A stretch of 64,000 bases of DNA from Methanobacteriota archaeon (GTDB taxonomy: Archaea; Thermoplasmatota; Poseidoniia; Poseidoniales; Poseidoniaceae). The stretch is from NCBI GenBank assembly GCA_002689345.1, contig NZFU01000022.1, positions 7,687 to 71,686 on the forward strand, written 5' to 3'. The notes under the pieces are model-generated. The model was given only the letters and a program-made list of their open reading frames with translations. It made no database searches and had not been told where the DNA came from. The translations under genes were made by a program, and so were the position numbers. How positions within the stretch are numbered: position 1 is the stretch's first letter; every line of letters begins with the position of its first letter. Positions 57,887 to 64,000 of this stretch are shown here, in pieces.

Positions 57887-57901
57887 AGAAGTTCTCAATC
57901 T

Positions 57902-58420
57902 TCAACCAAGGTTGTTCCAAGTTCTTAGAACAGATGCCTGACTGGTTGGAGGCACATAGCTAACTGACAAGAATACATCCTCAATCAGGTTGCCATCTGC
58001 ATCAACAGACTTGACATATATGGTGTCGCCAGTGTCGAAACTTGACTTCACTGCACCGCCTTCACTACCAACTGCGTCGGTAAAGGTCACCATACTATCT
58101 GAGTTACCAGGGTAGAATCCATACACTGTAGGATCTGCCAAATTGTAAGACTCAGATACTGAGACACCATTCGATGTGTAGCTCAGTGATACCTGTATTG
58201 CTTGAGTTGCCAATTCTACTTGGCTACCTGTAACAACAATACGATGGAAATCACCGTTCGATTCAACATCGAAACTCATACGAGGAACTCCCTTTGCAGA
58301 TGTGTCTGCAAGGCTAGATGCCCAGACGTATATTACACCAGATAGAACCACTGTGATTGCAACCATTAGGATGGTAGCAATAACTGGGCTCACCGCTTGC
58401 TCGTCGTCTTCAAGAATCAT
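57902..58420 (-). other. Archaeal type IV pilin-like module (Pilin_N/DUF1628-like). It is either the C-terminal domain of the giant protein or a nested gene starting at ATG 58420
   Basis: The 172 aa read MILEDDEQ-AVSPVIATILMVAITVVLSGVIYVWASSL, followed by a ~135-aa beta-rich domain. The hydrophobic core is near-identical to the conserved (A/G)VSPVIGVILMVAITV motif of archaeal pilin-like proteins as I recall it. There is no stop codon between it and the upstream adhesin. Confidence 0.65.
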
Positions 58421-61400
58421 CTCTTCAAGAGATGCTTCTTCTTCATCACGGCGGCTCTGTAGAACCAGAGCGCTGACGAATAGACCAGCAGCGCTGATTG
58501 CAATGATTGAAGGTGCGAATGATGGTACATCCGCAGTTCCAATCAAGCGTACAACTGTTGGTAGATCCTGTCCAGTAGCTTCAGTAGTCTTACCGAAGGT
58601 ACGTGGTTGTGCACAATCTGAACCATTGTCATCAGTGCTCATTAGGTTGTTACACCAATCTTGGTCTTCTAGCATTGGTCGGCGTTGGCTTTCAAGCATA
58701 CCAGATGGGTTTCCATCTTCATCTACACTAGACATTCCAACTTCACCAGGACAACTCCAAGCTTCTCCTTGAATACCGTTACTATCGACACATGCGTGTG
58801 CCATAGGGAACTTGTACTCGAAGAAACGATCTGCAGGAGATGCTGCAAGGTTACATTCTTCATCAACACATGTTAGAACATCGACCTCGACCCAGATTCT
58901 GGAACTTGTTGAAGTTATGAAGACATAGTCTGAAACTTCAAGTGTATCTCCATATGCAGGTGGCTCGACATACTGTGTACCAAGGGAAACATACTCCTCG
59001 CCGTTAGGGTCGTCGTTGTTGTATCCATTGCTGTGGAAGGTTACTTCCAGCATGTGGTCGTAGTTGTATGGTCCTTCATCTCCACCATGACCGATTGTGA
59101 CAGTAGTTGGCACGAAGGTCTTAGGCATGATGTTCGAAACTTCATTGTAGTCAAATCCGAGTACGCCATCTAGGAAGTAATCAGGTACATTCTCTGCGAC
59201 GTTGTCAACACGTATGTACAATGTTTCAGTAGCTTCTCCTTGCATGTAATTACCAGTGTTAGCACCATTCAAACCGTAATCATTGATGTAATTAGGTATG
59301 TAAGATGGGTAATCTGCTGAGTCGTGTAGGTACAAGTTGATCGGACAGAATTCTCCAGAACTTGGGTTCTGCTGATGAATTCCCTGGTTGTTCAGGTAGT
59401 CGATTTCCCATTCAGGTGCGTTAGTTGTAGCATCCTTGATTAGATCGAATACAATCTCGTCACCAATGATTGTTGCAGAGAAGTAGTCTTCATAGTCACA
59501 ATCAGTTGCCTTGACGATAGACCATACTAGGTCTGCATCTTCATGATCATTGTCATGCTTCATAGCAGCAAGGTCGTAAGTCAAGTTGTCAACGTTCTCG
59601 TCATCTTCAGTTAGAGTGACCTTCCATGGGAAGTTTGGAACTTCTCCATTTCCGTCAGAGATTACTATTCCATCTTCACGGTCCCAATCTAGAATTTGTG
59701 GAGCGTCGTTCACAGGAGTAACTGCGAAGTCAACTTCGTAGCTAATCGCATCTGTGTTCTCTCCAACCCATCCATATGCTAGACAGATTGTGTCGCTCAT
59801 TCCAGTTGGTGTGCCATCAGGGTAGTACTGAGGTACGAAGGATGCAAGTCCTAGGTATAGGTTGTAACATCCTGTAACAGTAATTGGACCATATACTGGG
59901 TGATCGACTGGGTAGTCAACCAACCAAGTGTATGATACACAACTTGCTCTGACATCTGTGGTACGACCTAGGTAGGTGTTTGCACAGTATCCACCATCAT
60001 CGTTCAGAGTTAGTACGATTGTACACTCGCCACCAAGTTCGTTAGCAGCGTTCTCTGTAATGGTCAACTCGTTGTTGGTAACTGTAACTGAGTATGCTGG
60101 ACATGGGTCATATCCACCGGTTGTGGTGTATCCGTTAGGGAATACGCCATCCCAAGTGGTAGTGAATGAATCAACATCCACGCCATATGCTTCCAACCAG
60201 AAGTCAGTGTAGTTCAATCCGTTGTATACCTTAGCGTTAGCATCGATTGTACTGTCACAGCCATCATCTGAGCGAACTGCGGTAACCTTGTCACCGTTAG
60301 AGTCCATGTATTCCTGGTACCATACAGATCCACAGCCGTTCTGGGCTAGTAGGTATGTTAGCAGAGTTACATCGTTCAGAGTTGGTAGTGTGTAGGTACC
60401 GTTTGGCGAGATACTAGATGGGTCACCAGACATTGCTATGTCTTGGAATCCACCGTTAGCAGTAACTGCATCTCCAGCTTCAGCGAATAATGCTGCAACA
60501 CTGGAGTACTTCTTCTGGACCCAGTATGGATCGACTGTTACATCGTCACCCTTGATCGAAGCTCCCCATGTGTATAGCTGAGGTTGCTCGTTTGCCATGT
60601 CGTTGCTTGCCATGTCTATAACATAGGAGCCGGTTGCGTTAGCAGCAGATCCTAGGACCTTGCTGACACTTCCAAATCCTTCGTCAAGGACGTTCAGGTT
60701 ACCTGCACCGTCATCAGAGAAGACTGGCATACAGTCTGCACGTGCTGAGTTACAGATAATCGGTGCATCGTTAACATTCACTACTGTGAAGGTAATTGTT
60801 GCACTGTCTGTCAATCCATGACTGTCTTCAACACCGAAGTGGAAGACATAGGAACCGAACTGGTCGTTGTCAGGAGTGATGGTCATTGTCTGAGTAGATA
60901 GACTGCTATCTAGAAGCATTGTTGGGCTTCTAGTAGGGTCTAGGTCATCAGCAACGGTCCAAGACAGAGTGCTTTCTGCATCCTGTACATCGTCAGCCTT
61001 GTCGGTCAAGGTTAGTGTGTAAGCACCACTGTCTTCGTTGACTGTTACATCAACCAAGTTCTGGATAACTGGACACGCACGCTTGATATCGATGGATTCA
61101 GCAACGTTTGTGCTCATGTCGACCGAAGTTATTGTTCCCCAATCTTCAGCGCATTCTGCATCAACCTTGACTGAAATGTCGTAGGTCTTTGCATCGCTTG
61201 GACTGTTGGAACCAACATAGCTACGGTAAATTAGCAAGTGGTTGCGTAGTTCATCTCCAGCAGCAAGATCACTGTGACCCATGAGGAGTGTTAACTCGTC
61301 AGTGAAAGTCTGTGCGTTTGCTCCTGCAACAAATGCTTGCTCTGGGTGAACAGATGCGATTGCGCCTGTTGATTCATCCTGAACAATTACAATCATTCTA

Positions 61401-64000
61401 ACTGTGCTCGCTGGCTCACCGATACAACTCCAAGGAATTGCGATCTCTGTGTCTGTGTCACCAGAGTGTCCGATGTAGGAAGATAATCCTCCACAAGACG
61501 ATGTGACGTCAGACCAGCCTGTGAAGCCGTTGACCTTCAGACCGGAGTTACCAGAGTTACCATCTTCTGCCCAGAAGACATAGTCCGCTGCGAATGGCAG
61601 AGAGTGTGCGACATACCAGCTTTCACCGGTTGTGTCTCCACCTGTGCTCGAATCGATGTAAATCTGCAAGTCTGCAGATCCCATATCGACACCAGTCAAT
61701 GACATGTACAAGTTGTTAGCATCCCATGTAGTAAGGAAATCCTCGGATAGACCATTGCTGGACATTACACCAGGCATTGCATCATCAGATGGGTTCTTGT
61801 CGTTACCATACCACTCTTCCATGTCGCCATCAGCGTTCATGTAAGGTGCACGGTATGCAGGTGAAACATATGCTGCTTGAGCACCGTCAGTGGACTGAAT
61901 TAGTAGTCCAATGTCAGATGCTGAGCCACCCTTGTGGGTGACATCAAGGTCTAGCAAGTTTCCTTCATGGATAACAGCGGTTGCATCTACTACTAACTTA
62001 GCAGCAGTTACTGTGTTACCAACTGAAGTTACTGTGACATAGGAACCTGCGTCGATTTGGGTTGTTGAGTCTGCCCATGTGACATTCTCAACGGATCCTT
62101 CTGCACCACCGTCTGCCATTAGAGCAGTTGTAGCATCAGAGTCTCCACCATTCCAGCGGAAGTTCACAGCGTCAGAGTTCAATCCATACATACCAGAGGT
62201 ATCCATGTCAGTAGCATCGAATGAGGATGTACCGGTTATGTACATTGCAGATCCAGAGCTGTCAGCGATTAGTTGTGCACCATCGACTACAACATCTGTA
62301 TCTTCAGCGTAAGCACCGTAGTCGCCACCAGATAGTAGCGCATCTCCACTCAGAGTCATTGAACCACCGAACTGCTCGATTGCAGTTCCGAATCCTGATA
62401 CAGATGTTCCATCTAGAGTGATTTCATCATTTGTACCAACTACGTTAACACCAACGGATGTGAATCCGCTGCTGCTACCGGTTGAAACTACAATTGAACC
62501 ATACATCCACGAGTGGACACTACAATGGTAATCGTAAGTGCCTGCTGTGGTGAATGTCTTGGTGTAAGTAGATCCAAGGTTCATTGTTCCGCCAGATCCC
62601 CATGTGGAATCGTTAGCGGTTACATCGTGAGCTTCACCAGTACCACTGTTGTTGTAGTATTCGTTTGCTCTCCAGCGAATAGTGTCGCCTTCGTTGATGC
62701 TTACAGATACAGGTGAGTATGCGTTAGCATTAATCTGTACTGTGTACACTGAACCGCCGCTTCCACCAACTGCTGCCAGAGTAGAACCAGAGTCTACAAG
62801 GTCACAGCCATCGGTTACGATTGCGTTCTCCATTACACTAACTGTGTTACCACCAGTGTTAACCACTGAGGAACCACAATCTTCAGCCCAAATTCCGATT
62901 GCTGCTGGAGCACTGCGGCCTGGGGACTGAGAGATGTCGTTGTTGGTCACGTTAGCGTTGAATCCGTACTTGACACCGTCAATCAGAATTCCACCATCTG
63001 CATCGACTAGTGTGTTACCGTCGATTACACCGTGTCCATCCTTGACATAGATACCAGCCTTTGATGCATCAGATGCACCGTTGATGGTGTTATCTATAAT
63101 GTTCCAATCAAGTGCGCCACGCATGTAGATCGCTTCCTGAGAATTGGAGAAGGTATTTCCTTCAATCAATAAATCAGTCGTTGTTCTGTCTTGTGTGTAC
63201 ACACCATACAATGGTGAGGATGAACCACTGAACTCGTTGTTAGTGATTTCTACACCGTCGCTGTATGAATTGAGCGAGAACCAAATATCAATAGTCTCAG
63301 AGTTGATGAATTCGTTATTTTCAATAATTGCATCATCAGCACCCCAGAAGGACTGGGTGTAAGCGTACGAGAATCCGGTTCGTGTTAGGTAAACACCAAC
63401 ACCACAGTTTGTCATGACGTTGTTTGCGATGGTGGTGTTATTTCCACCAGCGTTCAAACACATATCCTGATATGCTACAGATCCTGTTACAGGCATAGTT
63501 CTGAAGTGAGTCATTGTGTTGTTTTGGATGTTGAAGAAATCAGCTTCCCAAACATATGCACTCCAAGTAGACTTGTATCCGAATGTGGTAACAATTGATG
63601 CTAATCCGGTAATAGTTGAATCCTGAATATCAGGGACAACATCGTTCCATCCATTGTAACCAATCTTGATTCCTTGTGCATCACCATCATCGATTGCTGT
63701 TGAGACCCAATTTGTGTTGTGGGCATACAAGCGAGCACCGTATGGGTATGTAGACCAGACGTTCATTGAATCATAGTAAATATATGATCCAGTAGACAAG
63801 ATCGTACTTCCATTTAGAGAAACATCAGTGTTTCCATCTATGTACCAGTATCCTACGTCAAGCATTACAACCTTGTTTTTCATGTCGGTTGGTGTAGCAC
63901 CATAGTATCCATACTCCTTCAAACCGGAAGTGTAAGTTCTACCGGTTGAACTGGAAGTACTTAGACCAGGACAGTTCTGTACGTATACGAATGAACTGCT
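57902..64000 (-). CDS. Giant surface protein, 5'-partial (frame open to the window's right edge). It contains a right-handed beta-helix (PbH1/NosD-like) region, a cupredoxin domain, cadherin-like and other beta domains, a TM anchor, an acidic linker and a C-terminal archaeal pilin-like module
   Basis: The track start at 63922 is a TTG, and the frame continues without a stop to nt 64000 (SSSFVYVQNCPGLSTSSSTGRTYTSGL precedes it). Beta-helix repeats include NNTIANNVMTNCGVGVYL, IENNEFINS, ITNNEFSGS and IEGNTFSNS. The cupredoxin ligand pattern is H...C-S-V-H-S-W-M. VNVNDAPIICN and TPVNDAPQILDW are present. The TM is PSFAPSIIAISAAGLFVSALVLQ. Confidence 0.85.
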   Translation of the reverse strand, partial: SSSFVYVQNCPGLSTSSSTGRTYTSGLKEYGYYGATPTDMKNKVVMLDVGYWYIDGNTDVSLNGSTILSTGSYIYYDSMNVWSTYPYGARLYAHNTNWVSTAIDDGDAQGIKIGYNGWNDVVPDIQDSTITGLASIVTTFGYKSTWSAYVWEADFFNIQNNTMTHFRTMPVTGSVAYQDMCLNAGGNNTTIANNVMTNCGVGVYLTRTGFSYAYTQSFWGADDAIIENNEFINSETIDIWFSLNSYSDGVEITNNEFSGSSSPLYGVYTQDRTTTDLLIEGNTFSNSQEAIYMRGALDWNIIDNTINGASDASKAGIYVKDGHGVIDGNTLVDADGGILIDGVKYGFNANVTNNDISQSPGRSAPAAIGIWAEDCGSSVVNTGGNTVSVMENAIVTDGCDLVDSGSTLAAVGGSGGSVYTVQINANAYSPVSVSINEGDTIRWRANEYYNNSGTGEAHDVTANDSTWGSGGTMNLGSTYTKTFTTAGTYDYHCSVHSWMYGSIVVSTGSSSGFTSVGVNVVGTNDEITLDGTSVSGFGTAIEQFGGSMTLSGDALLSGGDYGAYAEDTDVVVDGAQLIADSSGSAMYITGTSSFDATDMDTSGMYGLNSDAVNFRWNGGDSDATTALMADGGAEGSVENVTWADSTTQIDAGSYVTVTSVGNTVTAAKLVVDATAVIHEGNLLDLDVTHKGGSASDIGLLIQSTDGAQAAYVSPAYRAPYMNADGDMEEWYGNDKNPSDDAMPGVMSSNGLSEDFLTTWDANNLYMSLTGVDMGSADLQIYIDSSTGGDTTGESWYVAHSLPFAADYVFWAEDGNSGNSGLKVNGFTGWSDVTSSCGGLSSYIGHSGDTDTEIAIPWSCIGEPASTVRMIVIVQDESTGAIASVHPEQAFVAGANAQTFTDELTLLMGHSDLAAGDELRNHLLIYRSYVGSNSPSDAKTYDISVKVDAECAEDWGTITSVDMSTNVAESIDIKRACPVIQNLVDVTVNEDSGAYTLTLTDKADDVQDAESTLSWTVADDLDPTRSPTMLLDSSLSTQTMTITPDNDQFGSYVFHFGVEDSHGLTDSATITFTVVNVNDAPIICNSARADCMPVFSDDGAGNLNVLDEGFGSVSKVLGSAANATGSYVIDMASNDMANEQPQLYTWGASIKGDDVTVDPYWVQKKYSSVAALFAEAGDAVTANGGFQDIAMSGDPSSISPNGTYTLPTLNDVTLLTYLLAQNGCGSVWYQEYMDSNGDKVTAVRSDDGCDSTIDANAKVYNGLNYTDFWLEAYGVDVDSFTTTWDGVFPNGYTTTGGYDPCPAYSVTVTNNELTITENAANELGGECTIVLTLNDDGGYCANTYLGRTTDVRASCVSYTWLVDYPVDHPVYGPITVTGCYNLYLGLASFVPQYYPDGTPTGMSDTICLAYGWVGENTDAISYEVDFAVTPVNDAPQILDWDREDGIVISDGNGEVPNFPWKVTLTEDDENVDNLTYDLAAMKHDNDHEDADLVWSIVKATDCDYEDYFSATIIGDEIVFDLIKDATTNAPEWEIDYLNNQGIHQQNPSSGEFCPINLYLHDSADYPSYIPNYINDYGLNGANTGNYMQGEATETLYIRVDNVAENVPDYFLDGVLGFDYNEVSNIMPKTFVPTTVTIGHGGDEGPYNYDHMLEVTFHSNGYNNDDPNGEEYVSLGTQYVEPPAYGDTLEVSDYVFITSTSSRIWVEVDVLTCVDEECNLAASPADRFFEYKFPMAHACVDSNGIQGEAWSCPGEVGMSSVDEDGNPSGMLESQRRPMLEDQDWCNNLMSTDDNGSDCAQPRTFGKTTEATGQDLPTVVRLIGTADVPSFAPSIIAISAAGLFVSALVLQSRRDEEEASLEEMILEDDEQAVSPVIATILMVAITVVLSGVIYVWASSLADTSAKGVPRMSFDVESNGDFHRIVVTGSQVELATQAIQVSLSYTSNGVSVSESYNLADPTVYGFYPGNSDSMVTFTDAVGSEGGAVKSSFDTGDTIYVKSVDADGNLIEDVFLSVSYVPPTSQASVLRTWNNLG
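62486..62749 (-). other. Cupredoxin (type 1 blue copper, amicyanin/plastocyanin-like) domain within the giant protein
   Basis: VYTVQINANAYSPVSVSINEGDTIRWRAN...GEAHDVTA...YTKTFTTAGTYDYHCSVHSWMYGSIVV. The His...Cys-x2-His-x2-Met ligand spacing is as in amicyanin-type sites. Confidence 0.7.

Noticed and set aside
1-64000. A search for CRISPR arrays, transposases/integrases, prophage genes, toxin-antitoxin pairs or restriction-modification genes.
   Set aside because: No direct-repeat/spacer array and no recognisable transposase, integrase, capsid, nuclease-defence or TA motifs occur in any ORF. The tRNA genes are not flanked by repeats or integrase genes.

Overview
This 64-kb window looks like a streamlined, moderately AT-rich archaeal chromosome segment. 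By inference it is a marine planktonic Thermoplasmatota (Marine Group II/III-like) genome. The archaeal call rests on hallmark genes recognisable from the translations: TFB, PolD small subunit, Pelota, ribosomal protein L40e, GatD, membrane-bound LonB, a FlaK-type A24 peptidase and UPF0147. These are mixed with many bacterial-type metabolic genes: MetK, Fhs, PurA, PccB, PanB, NfeD-flotillin and an Amn-like aromatic-amine meta-cleavage set. I support about 45 protein genes and two tRNAs, tRNA-Ala(UGC) and tRNA-Val(UAC). I found no rRNA, CRISPR array, transposase or integrase.

About 26 kb (~40%) of the window is occupied by six very large secreted, single-pass membrane-anchored surface proteins. 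Two of them run off the window edges. They are built from Ig-like, FN3-like, DNRLRE-like, cadherin-like and beta-helix modules, and each has a different cytoplasmic tail.

The observations most worth a second look:
- A complete archaeal type IV pilin-like module is fused in frame behind the membrane anchor of a >2000-aa adhesin (57902-58525). A FlaK-like prepilin peptidase is encoded elsewhere in the window.
- Three adhesin cytoplasmic tails carry WW-domain-like Trp motifs together with Pro-rich (PPLP/PPPS) stretches. A fourth carries a poly-Glu plus zinc-ribbon tail.
- A type-1-copper (cupredoxin) domain sits next to a beta-helix region inside a giant adhesin.
- No convergent gene pair has any spacer. 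Six of eight junctions are exact stop|stop abutments (TGATCA or TAATCA) and two overlap.
- A family of short GC-rich CCC-loop-GGG hairpins occurs in the few intergenic spacers, with a dense cluster at 57.77-57.89 kb that could be a small structured RNA.
- A 10-gene co-directional cluster includes AmnB-like, AmnA-like::RidA fusion and aldehyde dehydrogenase genes.

All functional calls come from reading the translations and DNA by eye. No database search was run.
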